A stretch of DNA of 64,000 nt from Tubiluchus corallicola (taxonomy: Eukaryota; Animalia; Priapulida), in the NCBI GenBank assembly GCA_030141605.1, contig JAQGDQ010000357.1:178686-242685 (forward strand), given 5' to 3'. Both the position numbers and the translations under genes were made by a program. Every line of letters begins with the position of its first letter. Within the stretch, counting starts at the first letter, position 1. Under the pieces are notes generated by a model. That model ran no database searches, had not been told where the DNA came from, and worked only from the letters and a program-made list of their open reading frames with translations. Positions 1 to 12,989 of the stretch are shown here, piece after piece.

Positions 1-659
1 TTCTGATGACGTCGTATCCAACGAAGACAGTCACTGAAAATATTTCATAATGGTGGGCACAATGCTTTGCCTGTTTGCCATTTCAAGGACAGCAGTGCTG
101 GTCACGTACTTACTAGTCACATTTAATAATGTTCTAGGATGAAGCGAAGCTTTTGCTGATGGAACTTCTTAAGGTCGCGATAGTAAAGAGTCTAAGTTTT
201 GCGGCTGCAAAGCAAGGCTGAGATGATGCAGCTTGATAAAACGCGAGTTTCATTTTTGATGTATTCCGCTTCTTATTCAGAAGTGCATTATTTGGAGAGC
301 AGGCTTCCCATGTGTGGCAATAATCCACCTAGTCAAGGGTCTTGTCAGAGATGGCGATGTTAAATCAATTGCTAATAAAACAACCAACTCACTGACTTAC
401 TTGAACTGTATGTTTAATTTAATACATTGACTAATACTAAGTTGATTCATGTATTCTGCGCAATGTCTGGTAATGTACAAAACATTTAGGAAAAGTTAAG
501 ATTAAAGACAAATTATTTTTATTTTACAATTTGCACCTTCTATACAAATCCTAGCGATTGCACAAAATGCCTAGGTAAAGTGTGAAAATGTCATAGCAAA
601 AACATTACATATATTTCATACTTTTCTTGAAATGCATGCATATATATATATATAGCGTC

Positions 660-1095
660 ATGAAACTTTACAAGAATGAATTTCATCGATGGTGTCAAAT
701 TTTCGATTTGCCATTTTGAATTCAAGATGGCAGTGAAAATACCAATTTCGAAAAAGCCTAACACTCTGCTAGTTTATAATGAATCATCGTAAAACTTTAC
801 ACCAATGCACTAGAATGAATACTACGTCGACTGACAAAGTCGGATTTTCGATCTGCCATTTCAATTCAAGGTACTCCCCAGAGATAACTTGTTTTCAAAA
901 AAATGCCTAAGGCTATGTCAATTCATAAAGGATCATCATGAAACTTTATAGAAGTAAACTGTATTGACCCTGATTGGTGGAGTCGAATTTTTAAACTGCC
1001 ACCTCTCGAATTCTAGATGACAGCAATAACATCATTTTCAAGAAAAGCCTACGGCTCTGAACATTTTATTTAAATCCATAAAAAGATGGCTGCCA
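660..1095. repeat. About three degenerate ~140-bp tandem units of a dispersed repeat family
   Basis: Recurring blocks 'catgaaacttta', 'gtc(g/a)(g/a)atttt', 'ttcaagatgg', 'aaaagccta'; a related single copy lies at ~32060-32175. Confidence 0.55.
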
Positions 1096-1464
1096 GTATA
1101 CATATTTTTTTATTTTATTAACAGTATAGCTTATTTATGCCAAGTTCGAAGGCAACTGACAAAACACGCAAAAATTTTCATATATAAAACATTAGTAGTG
1201 CCTAACTTTTCATATGGTTGCATGTTACCAGAAAATGTCAAAGCTGAATATTTTTCAAAATTAAGAGCGCTTTAAAACAATGCACTGACTGATTTCTGGC
1301 TATTCCTATAAAGTGTCACAAAAGGAACTATTAGGTAACAGTAAGAATTTCAATGAAAACTTACGTATTAGAAAACCGGTGAAACTATCACACTTTAATA
1401 GTCTTAAATAATAAAATACGTTAATGGTCTCAAACTCCCCTTTGAAAATAACAAACTTCCTTGC

Positions 1465-1625
1465 TTGTCAATAAATTTAAACAAACAATAAATTTGATAA
1501 TAATTCAATAGGCAAGCAAGCAATTTGTCTAGGGAAATTCCTCCCATCTACTATTAAACAATTAGAATCACTGGCTATTTTAAAAAAAATGAAACAATAC
1601 AACTAAATAGATTTCAAAAACCAAC
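1465..1625 (+). mobile_element. Degenerate 3' fragment of a CR1/L2-like LINE
   Basis: Nucleotide match by eye to 60535-60690 ('aaacaataaatttg.taataattcaata.gcaagcaag.aattt'). Confidence 0.45.
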
Positions 1626-3164
1626 TCATGTAAATGATTTAATTCAAATTTTGTATATCTGCAATAATTGAATGAGAATCTCTATATTACAGTACGTGTC
1701 AGGAGTCCTTAATTAAAAATTTGCAATTCCTAATTTGTAAATTGCAAATCTGCAATCTATAGTGTATAAGTAATTTTTGTCTGTACCCAGATATTGTAAT
1801 ATGTAGGCAAATAATATTATATAATGCACATACTAATCCAACAGGAACAAAATCATTAAGCCAATTAGCTACAACAAACAGAGTTTTCTACTAATAATAT
1901 GCTAAACTGCCCGAGAAAGCGAAATATTGTTTATGACCAGGCATTGGGCTGCCTATGTGTGTCACAACATTACCTGCTTTATACAATTTCGTGCTGTATT
2001 GGACCAAACCAACCGTTGGTTGCGGAGCTAACCAACGCATTCACGTGCCGACCTCGCTAATTTTAAAACATTTTGTTGCAATGGTGTAACATTTCTAGTT
2101 ACAGAGGGGGCACAAGGTTCACACGTAAGTGATTAGGTATTTTACACGCCACAACTCACTGTCAAATCTACCACGTATTATACAGTATCCCAAGCCATTA
2201 CGCAGAACTACGCAATGAATAACTTCTCGTAATTCGATTCAAAGTTCAAATTTCGAAATTCAAGAAGTCTTCTTACCTACGCTAGGTCTGGTTCTGGTCT
2301 AGTGAATGTAATGTCGGTATAGTACATAGCAAAACAATAAAGTCTGACAAAGTGACAAAACAGATTAAAAATCCTAGTCAATTCTTACACTATCAGTGTG
2401 AGCATCAAAATCGCACTGCAAAAAGCTAATTCGGTCAGCTTTTTGGTTACAGCTGTGTTGCAAAATAAATAAATAACTTCAAAACGACGAAACAGTTAAA
2501 ACAGCTACCTCAATATCTTATCGCTAATTTGATACCTATCTATTTGCTAACTAAAAAATCTACATAGTGTAAATTTCCTGCTTACCTTTAAACGTTTTAC
2601 CGCTAAAAAAACTTTAGTACACTACAGGAACTGGCCGCATTGAACTGTCATCCAACTCTAACTTCCGCCATAACCGCTGAAACATTAAAGGTAATTGACA
2701 CAGGATGTGTGTCAAGGGGCCACGGGCTGTGTACAGACGGCACAGTCCAAAAATATTGGGAAGAATAGTCACGTGATCCGAGCATCTACAGTACTGCGAC
2801 GTTGCTGCCTAGATGGGGGTAGCTCTAGGTGAGCGATGCGCATATTTAAATCTGTTGACCGTTTCATAACAAAAGCGAATTATCAACCAAAAAGTTTTAG
2901 TTAGCTTAGAGATACAAGAAACAGTCGCACATGATTTTGAAACAGCCACATCGTCGGCAGGATTGTGGCCATCTAATACCGAGCAACTGCGAGTTGTTTC
3001 ACTTGTTTGACCTACTTAAGTTGTACAATCTTTTTACTGGTAAAAAGAAGTTTTATTAAGAAGTACAGGTCCATTACCATCGGGGCGTCGAACCAATTAT
3101 CAATGTGATGTGCAAACATTTCCAAAGACAGTACGTTTCGACGCAAGCTTTTGGAGAGGTTATT

Positions 3165-3790
3165 TTGGACAAAAAGTCATTGCTCTTTTGTAATAATTGT
3201 ACAGTGATAATTTGGGCACAAGGTATTTCGGACACAGGCTATTTCAGTGGTTCCCAAACTAGGGGTAAATTACCCACCGGGGGTAATATGGTTTTTTTGG
3301 GGGGGGGGGGGGGGGTAACGGGCACCCCTCTGAAAATTTTTAAAACTTCGCTCGGAATGCATTTTACGTAGTTTTCTTCTTGAAGAGACTGCCTCCGGCC
3401 TCCGGTAATACTTGTTTTGGCAACAATACAACAACAACACCTGGAAATTTATTTATGTCACGAGCAAACATAAATAATTTTGCTTGCTTGTGGCATATAC
3501 GTGTGTTTACTTTTTGAGTTGGAGAAGTAGTACTAGGTGGGGGATAATGGACAAGACCGGGTTTCCTGATTTGGGTAACGGTCCGAGAAAGTTTGGGAAC
3601 CACTGGGCTATTTGGTCGTATAGGTAATATGGACACACGGTGATTTGGACATATAGATCATTTGGATATACAGGCCCTATGGACACTACAGGAATATTGG
3701 TCACGTAGGATGTTTGGAAAGAAACAAGTGTTTTGGACACATATAGGGTATTTAGACACACAGGTCATTTGGACACATGGGTCATTTTCC
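3165..3790. repeat. Degenerate ~17-bp 'tttggacac' tandem array, interrupted by a hAT MITE
   Basis: Repeated ttttggaca/tttgggcac/ttcggacac units at 3165-3236, resuming at 3611-3790. Confidence 0.55.
3245..3605. mobile_element. hAT-family MITE (361 bp)
   Basis: TIRs CAGTGGTTCCCAAACT ... AGTTTGGGAACCACTG; perfect 8-bp TSD GGCTATTT at 3237-3244 and 3606-3613. Confidence 0.9.
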
Positions 3791-6700
3791 ACAAGGATTG
3801 GCCAAAAACACCTAATGTGTTTGAATGACGTATGTGTCCAAAATGTTTGAGTTGAAAAGGCTCGTGTTTAAAACCTTACAACCGACGCTCATGTAGTGTA
3901 CGTATGGCCATAGAGTCTTGCATACCTTTTTCATCTGCTGAGGGTCGACCCTATCATCTTATCTGATGTTCGATGTATTTTCAATATTATCTTTGTATTT
4001 CTTTTATAATATTTGCATCTGACTTATGTCATATTCAATCTTATATAAAATAGATCATTTATCCGACAATTATCTGACAATCCTGCTGAAGAAAGTCTTT
4101 TCATCAGGGATAATAACGCTTGATAAAACATAATCATTTATTTCCACGTAATTACTATTCTGTTCTTGTTTATTAGATCATGACTCTGTTTCAATTATTA
4201 AAGTAATAACTGAATCCCAATAGTGGTGGATTGTGCTGAATTACCTGTGTTGACAGTGATTCACGTGTACCTGTGATTCTGTCAGTGCCTGAATAGCCTG
4301 TTTGTCGATGGATTCACTGGACTGTTATCCAAATGTTCTGTTCGATTTTTTTGAACAAGGCGTTTATAGTTAAACAATTGATACAAAAAGACTTGATGAC
4401 AGTCATCTAATCGTTCGTAGCTCTTCGTATAGATTAGATACTTGCAATGAAATCTTTATCGCACAGTAGTACACATATGTATATCAAATTCGTAGATTGT
4501 ATCTCGCAATATTCTATCTCGTTGTTTATTAGGATGTTTAATCGCTACTGCTTGTCTATGTATTTGCAAAAAAAGAAAATTGTCATTGCTCAAATTATAC
4601 AGTAAAATGTAGTTTGATAAATTAGTGTCATAATAAATAATAAATCGTAACGATGGACTTATATGAAGAGGGCCTGGCTGATATAGGTTGCCTACCGTAG
4701 GGATCCATGAGCGTTTCCGACTTGTGTGTTGATAATTAAAATACAGTTAATCTGATATCACTACTGCATAATTTGATATATAACGTGTATGTTCCACGTT
4801 ACATGTTACATTCATGTCGTCCACAGGTATCCAAAATGTCAAAGTTCATCGTTGATTTCACAGCATCCGCGTTACAGAAAAATAAAAGAAAGTTTCACTT
4901 ACTGGGTATTCGTTTTTAGCTGTTGATTGATGCTTCTGGTAATGTAATGATTCATATCATTCATAGATATGACGCATGGCAAGATCATATAGTGCAATTA
5001 TTTATTTTTATGTAAATCTTATGTTTTTGTTTACAAGTGTGAGTACGGTTCACATCGATAGCTGTACGATACCCTTATCTAAGGACCACAACGTACATAG
5101 TGTTACACACACACCTAATCACATTGAAATGCGCGTATTACATATACATACAGCACTCGTTGCATTACACTTACATAGCACTCGGTGCATTAACTAAACG
5201 TGGACCTAGTTTTGTGACAGTGTCTAGCACTCTAAAGCGCCATGGCAGGCTTCTTGAACAACTTGGTGGAAATGAGAGGTAGCGCCATGATTTTTGGGAA
5301 GGAACTTCTCTTCAGTGAATTGGTCACATGGCTAACTCAGCTGTTGGCTCGGGAGCACCCACCAGCGCATAAGTAAAGCTTTGTTAAAGTATCGTATAAC
5401 TCCGATCTAAATTGTAAACTTGGTTATAATAAAACTTTCATCATTTAAACTTAATATCGAGTTGCTTTAATATTCAAAGAGTTACTAAAAGCACATACTC
5501 GTTAAGACACTAATTGCTTAAAAGAACTTGGTATATTCACACTGAAAAGCTTATTGCGGAAGCCAGCTTGATAACTCGAGAGACAAAGATTTGTACTCAC
5601 AACGCAATATTTCGTGGTTTCAGTTGTGTGGGACATTATCATAGCCCTATCAACTTGACCTAAGCTCTCGGAGTCGGGCAGTTAATCAGATACGAAATTA
5701 ATTGTCTTTAAGCATTCAAGAGTGTGAATGAGTCATTCAATTAATCGATAAGTTGTTTGTGAAAAAAGACAAGCGACAAGACAATTGTGCTGCTTTGAAT
5801 AAAGATTTTATTGCCTCCCCGATGACACTCTTCGCAAGTATTCTTGTTAATGACTCCGTATCTTTTATTCCACAAACAGGATCCCTTTGATCTCATCACT
5901 CTACTTGATCAGATTGGACAGGAACCTAATGTCGCCGAAGTTGTATATTGCGTAATGTCTTTACGAGCAACAGTAAGTTGTCGGTCTCCGTCTGGTTAAA
6001 TGCTTCTAAATTGTATTTTTACAGCTTTGTTTTTTCTCACGTGGAATCTTCTGATGAATGTCTACTACGTTTTAGCTTTTATGTTTTGGTTCAGTGACCT
6101 GATCCTGTCCCCTGTGGTTAGAAAAATAAGAGTACTCGAATCACCCAATGGTTAAGAGTACTAAATATTCCTGGAATCAGTAAAACCTAAGCTTAAATTA
6201 AAGTAAAGTTTGGTCTGACTGCACAAAGTTGTGGTTTTTCTGATAAAAGAGAAAACAATTTTTATTAAAGCATTAAAGATACAAACAGTTAAAAATGTCA
6301 CATTTCATAACTTAAAGCTTTTAGTAAAGGGTGTTTTCTTTTTATAATACTGTGCGGTGGTGTATCAATTGGCTTTATAAAAGAGACTATTTTCACCCAC
6401 TCTTTCTAGTCAAACTATTTGGCTTTATTTTGTTATTATGGAAAACCCCTATAAGAAAAAAAGCAAAATGTAAACTCTAACAATGACGTTTGACTAAATT
6501 TATCAGCTTTTATTGGAACCTAGTTCGCGGTGAAGGTGAAGAAAAGAATATTTCAAAGTAGATTAGCATACAGTAATTGTGATTTTTCAGTGTACTCGAG
6601 TGCGTAATTGAATATTTGTGCCTGCGTAATGTTTAAACTAATAAACAAAACACAAATTCGAATTTAAATCAAAAGATGTCAGATCATGAACTTTGTTAAT

Positions 6701-9700
6701 CATTAAACTCAAGGTGGTTCATCAAAAAACAAAGAAATCGAATGCAATGATCAAACAATAAGAATAAAGAAAATGCACTTCGGCTACTTCAAGACAGAAT
6801 TTAAATTGCAACCCAGTTTAATTTTTTTATTGCAAATTGGAGTGCCTAGAAGAATAACGGTATTCCAAAGGATAAAGGCCTTTTACCAGTATTACACATT
6901 AGTGTAATGAGACGATATGATGAATAGTGGTTGTCTGACAGAAAGATAAAACACAGAAAGAAATAAGTTGGAAAATAAAACGCTCAGGCAAATAAGATGG
7001 GGTGATAGAACATTTCGTGCTGAACTTAGATTAGGAGTAAGCATCCCCCCCATCAGAAAACCATTTCGAAACGAGTCGAACTTTTGACGATTCAAATTAA
7101 GATAGCATGTTAGGGATACAAAATTTCAAGGTGAATTGTTTAAAGTTGATGTGTGAATTCTGTTTTTTCATGTTCTTTGATGTAAGATAGAAAGTGGTAA
7201 CTACTTTTAATGTTAGTGACATGGTGTCAACGGGGGCGCTTATTGCGCAAGAATGGCGCATTAAATTCTCTCCTTCATTTAATAGCCAAAGAGCCCCCGT
7301 ATTGAAATTTTCAGTTTTGTTGAAAATGGTGTAATATCAGTTTAGAAAGTTAATGTTAAATTTCTTAATATTTTATGAGGTAAATTTTGCTAGCGGTATT
7401 TTTGTCGGAAATTTTTAGTGTTACTGAATTTAAAATGCTATTGTAAAACGCATAAAGAAGTATGTATAGCTGCATCGGCCATTGTTATTAATATATTGTA
7501 CTGGTAATATAAATTCAAGTTAAAATTGTAATATAGTGAGGCATAAAAGATTGGTGATTGCCTATTACTTTTTGATCTTCTTTCAAATTTTTCGTGTTTG
7601 TTTTTAATGTTGTTAATTTATGTAGTATTGTACAATAAATAAATCTAATCCAATCTGCTTAGGCATGGCACAGTTAGGTATATTTTGTTTTTGCTTGTGC
7701 TGTCACTTTTTTTACTTAAATTACATTATATGCCTGTAATCTAACAAAACTAGTATTAATTAATGTTTAGTAATCTTGATTATAGTTTTAAATATTATTT
7801 ACACCTACACTAGTAAACTATAAGAAAAGATCAAAATGTACTATCCTAAAAAATTCACAATACCCACCAATTGACACGATTTCAACAAACCAGCAAATAT
7901 AGAATTCATTTTCCCAAAATCATAAATAGTTTTATACTCAGTCCTTTTTTGTGCAGTGATTAGAGTTGACTTTTGATTATGTTAAGCATTATGTTCTTTA
8001 CTCGTTTATGCTCTGTACGTTATGCATTTTGGTTATATTAATTATAGTCTTAGGATAGTCTATTGCCACTATCAGCCCAGCCCTAACTCTGACTCACTGG
8101 TATGCTTTTTCCATCCATGGACGCAACTTACAATTACATACATTGTACCCCTGTGCATGTTTTGTTTTACTGTCGGTGAATAAAGATTTTATCTATCTAT
8201 CTATTGCTGGGATAAATAAACTTTTTTAATCTTAATAATGATTATTATAATTAATGAGGTGAATAAACTTTTTGAATTTGATTACTGATTACAGTTTACA
8301 GGCCAGGGTTATTTCAGAACTGGTGATTCAGATCTATCAAGTCTCATGCATTGAGCATGATTTCATATTGACCCTTAATATACATTCATACACAACCCTA
8401 CTAATCTCATACATTTTTAGTGTTAGTGTTTACGCGGGTAGCAAATATCATACTCGGCTACCCTTTTTCTTATACCCGTCGGGTACTCGGATATCAGATT
8501 GTTAAAATTCAGTGGCAGGTTGGTAAATTGTAATAATTTACATTCACTAATAAATACAACCACTGGTGCATTTGAACTAACTGTGTTATCTTAGCAGTAA
8601 ACATTAAGTTATCACACAAGAGCTGTGAGTCACAAAATTTGTTTTTTTGCCACCGCAAATAATTACTTGTATTGTACGCTTTATCAATGTATCAGCTACA
8701 GCGTAGGGATTATAATCTATCATGGCTTTTGTGTGTTGTTAAACTTAGCAATCCATTTGTTGTTATCATTGTTCGTGGCCTGAATGCTTTTTAGATGTTA
8801 ATAAACTATTTGATTCGAACAATTGATCTTTTTGTAAAGAAATTATAGTTTGTTTTCGATAAAGTTTCGTGGGTTCCCCTTCAGCAAAAGTGGTTCGATC
8901 TGCTATACGATTGCAACTGATAGAGATATACTCCCTGCTGGCTTGCTAATGCTGAAATACACTATTATAGTAGTTCAGAATTATAATGACTATAATAATT
9001 TAGTAACTTTAGAGCAAGTTTCATGTGTTTGAGTGCAGGCAGGCCGTGAAGCCACATTTTCGACAATCAAACCAAAACCGTTTTTTATGCTTGGGTGCCA
9101 CAGAACCAAATGAGTGGCCATGCTACTAATATATAAACAAGCATGTAGGCATGTACTGAATATTCTGTTCACTGAATTTTTTCCCTGAATATCAGTATAA
9201 AAATCTGATCTGGTAAACTTCGGTTGGAATGACTAAAGGTTTAGTGAACTTTTGGTATACCAAAGTTACTTTTTTAATTGACACATTCTGTAAATATTAT
9301 ATTAAACCAATTGAATATTTACGTACAATACTAAGAAAAATTTATCCAAAAAAGCTGATACTAAACTGCAAATGCGTCACAACAGCCGACCATTTGCTTG
9401 CTGCATGATAACTCAAAGAATGTGATGCATCATTGGTATACAAGCCGTGTCAAAGCGCAATAGTGCGGCGGTGCTGTAAATGTTTATAGCAGTATTGGCT
9501 TATTCACTATGTAAAAATAAATCAATGAGAAGAATTCAGTTCGGTAGCACAGCCGATCCATTCGGATAAGCTTCGGTTCGGCGGCACCAAGAATAAAAAA
9601 TTCGGTTTTGGTTTAGTTGGTGATTTAAATCTTCTGTGCACCCTTAGAAGCATGACTGTGCCCTCTGGAAAATGGTAACATTAGAATGTGTTAAATTAAA

Positions 9701-10072
9701 AAATACCTTTTTGTATGAGAACAACCTTCACCTATTTGCAATTATGTGCAAAACGGACGAACAGGTATAGTCCAAATAAATATACTAATATGTATTAGAT
9801 AACCAAAAAAGTAAGCGTATACAGTAGACCCAAATAAGGCAGTATAGGCCCTCATTTTTCCCTAAAAATTATTCTTACTATTTCAGTTATTTGGTATTTG
9901 AGAGTAGAGAAATGTCTGAGCTTTCTAAACATGTATAGCACTGTAAATTTTGTTGCTGTGGTCACTTGTACTAGTCGCTAAAATTAAAAACACTAGTCAC
10001 TGTCACGTTAATTCAATATTACCCATCATTGGTTGATATTTATACATAGTATAGACAAGATTTCTACTTTGA

Positions 10073-10322
10073 AACCACAGTTAATGATGTGTCTAGATGA
10101 ATGTTCTTAGAGTGGTGATTGGGTATCAGTGTGTGTGACCACTGTCACCTGACAGTATGCTATATATGTCATTCTTACTGAGTTGTGCGATAGAACCACA
10201 GTTGATGATATGTCTAAATGAATGTTCTAAGAATGGTGATTGGGTTATAAGTGTTTGGGTAACCACTCTCACCTTACAGTATGCTATATGTTTCATGGTC
10301 ATTCTTACTAAGTTGTGCGATA
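10073..10322. repeat. Two-copy ~120-130-bp tandem duplication
   Basis: 'aaccacagtt.atgat.tgtcta.atgaatgttct...gtcattcttact.agttgtgcgata' occurs twice in direct succession. Confidence 0.8.
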
Positions 10323-11254
10323 AATTGTCAAAGATTGATACAGTTTTCAAGATGCACTAGGTTATAATTTAACTAACTTTTTTAAAATGTGAAAATGAAC
10401 AATTTACTGGATGAAATTCCTGCACAAACCTTTCAAAAGTGCAGTTATTGGAAAGGTGAGAAAATACATACATATATCTGAGTAGAAGTTTAACATGAAG
10501 TTGATGTTAAACTGGATGACAAAAAGTCCCTAAAGACTAAAGTCACTAGTTAGGTTTCCTTCTTGTATATCAGTATAGTTATAAATTACTATTGATACAC
10601 TTATTTGCTAACTTTTATGTCAGTCAGTTGGAAAATAATATTTTTTTACCTAGATTATGCACCTGGCTGCATTAAATTGTTGCTTGTATCATACTTCAGT
10701 ACTTACAAGAAATTACACTGTACCTAAACATTTAAGTATTCGAGTGTATGATATGTGAGCTGTAAGAGACAGGTGGATGGATCAGTTTAATTTTGTTCAC
10801 AAATAAAGTTGATTGCCTAGATAAGTAGTCTTTGTTTACAAACAAAGTTGATCGCCTAGGTAAGTAGTCACTATAGAGCAACTAATTACAATATTGTAAT
10901 GTTTACATTGATTATTATACTCATTTATAGTCCATGTAGGAGTGACTCATTTGTGTGGAAGTAAATGCTTAGCAGAGTTTATAATTGGGTGGTCACAACA
11001 TGTGGCTTAAATTGGGAGTAGTACTGAAGCTGGTCAGTCAGTGTGATAGTCGAGTTCAGCCACTACTTCCAGGTACTTTCATTTGCCATACTAATTCTGG
11101 CTGTTTACTTCATGGCTGTTTTCATACCCGAGTGTGACTAATAGTCCAAGACACCTTTGCTGGTTCAGTGTTTCATTTTTCAGGTACAGCCTACATAGTG
11201 AGCCAGATTCCAGTATGACCACAACCATCCGCACTATTGCCCCCTATTGAATTA

Positions 11255-11442
11255 CAGTCAAAACTCTTTATAGTAGTACCCCCTTCATTATGCCAACCTC
11301 GCTTAATGCTCAAACTTTTAGCAAAACAAAATGTCTATATTTGCATAGAAATATATGTATTAATGCACCTCATTATAATGCTTAATTTGTGTGTAAAGTT
11401 TTTTGGAATTCCCAAAGTAGGTGGTATAAAGAGACTTGACTG
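11255..11442. mobile_element. Tc1/mariner-pogo (Tigger-like) MITE
   Basis: Imperfect TIRs CAGTCAAAACTCTTTATA / TATAAAGAGACTTGACTG flanked by TA on both sides. Confidence 0.65.
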
Positions 11443-12509
11443 TATTTGCATTGCATCACAAGGTTAAACGATACCTGTTAATTTTGTGTAACTCTTCTTG
11501 GGCACTTTCACCTTAACTATGAAAACCTTAACTAACCTCAGAAATTTCACCTTAACTTTGAAAATTTTCTGTTATAAACTTTGCTTTACCTTCATACTTG
11601 AATATAGCTTGGTTATTAGACTGACTAACTATATTCCAAATTATATGTTCCATATCTATTATAAAAATGTGTACGAGAAAATTGAAATTAAATTACATCC
11701 TGAAATTGGTCAAGGACTTCTGACCACTCTAGCCATTTTATGAGCAAATTTACTTTTTCTTGTGAAAATGAACATTAATGATCGTGAAGTTGAATTTCGT
11801 AGCCTTGAAGTGTCGCATTCAAATTCACATCACGTTTCTACATGTATTGTCTAACCTTTCTGTCTCTACATTGTTTATATGCGGTGCTTCAAGCAAGTTT
11901 ATAATGTCTATTTCACTTTGCCGTGACCTGAAAACGGAACAGTTTCTGCTGCTTACCAATGTTCATGTACTGTGACTGTTGTCCTAGTCCTAGTTTTATA
12001 GTTTACTTTCAGTCCAAGCATGTGTATTTTTGCCGTGTAAAAGGTGTAGAAAATCATTCAAATGGTTCTTTCCGTTTCATTGATTTTATGTTGAAGGTTT
12101 AATAGAAACGTTCAAGATCTATTTTGCAAGCTGACGTGATATGTGCTTGGCACATACTTGCAGTCATAAATGATGCAATTAAGAAAATTGTATATAAATA
12201 CAAACTTTAATAGTTTTAGGAAAGTGTGAATTGTATTGAGTAGATTTTTTTGTACAGTTTTGCCAGATAATCCACGTGCGACAGTGCTTGTGCAATGTGA
12301 AATTCACAACTTTGTATACATATCATATTGTGGATATTTACATTGAAATTTGTTTTTGGCTTTTATAAGATGACAACAACTGATTTACATTAGTTATTTA
12401 GCTATCTTCCTGTGATTGCTCCTGTTTCTGACTGCAGATGTACGTCTTACAAAACAGGGATTGCTGTTTCAAAGTATTTGTCTCATCATTTTAGCTCAAA
12501 TGACTGACC

Positions 12510-12945
12510 ATGGGTTGTGTGAACTCTAAGGGCGAAGTGGACATTGGTTTACGTACGTTCAATGTGTTTAATGTTAATGACAGCGGCGAGCCGCTGACGC
12601 CTGGAAAGATAGAGATCACAGAGACAGATCTGATATTCTATCCAAACAATCGGGACCCCCTCCGTTGGCCAATGAAATGTCTTCGGCGTTACGGATTTGA
12701 TGACGAACAAGAGGTGTTTTCTTTCGAAAGTGGTAGACGGTAAGTGAAGCATTTTGTCATATAATCACACAGACTTATTATCCAGATGTCGCTCGAGTGA
12801 AGAATTATCTTCTATCCTTCCAAACGTTATCACTGTACATTTCTGACAGTTAGTACATTTCTGATGGGTGGTAATATTTTTGACGGGACCACATACGTCA
12901 ACACAACTATACCAGGAAAATTAGATAACCCACTTTATATAAAGA

Positions 12946-12989
<44 letters not shown>

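Noticed and set aside
134-328. 64-aa minus-strand ORF at the window start
   Set aside because: No recognisable domain or convincing exon boundaries; cannot be supported.
9089-9646. Possible hAT-like MITE with TTCGGTT repeats
   Set aside because: Ends are only loosely inverted and no target-site duplication is visible.
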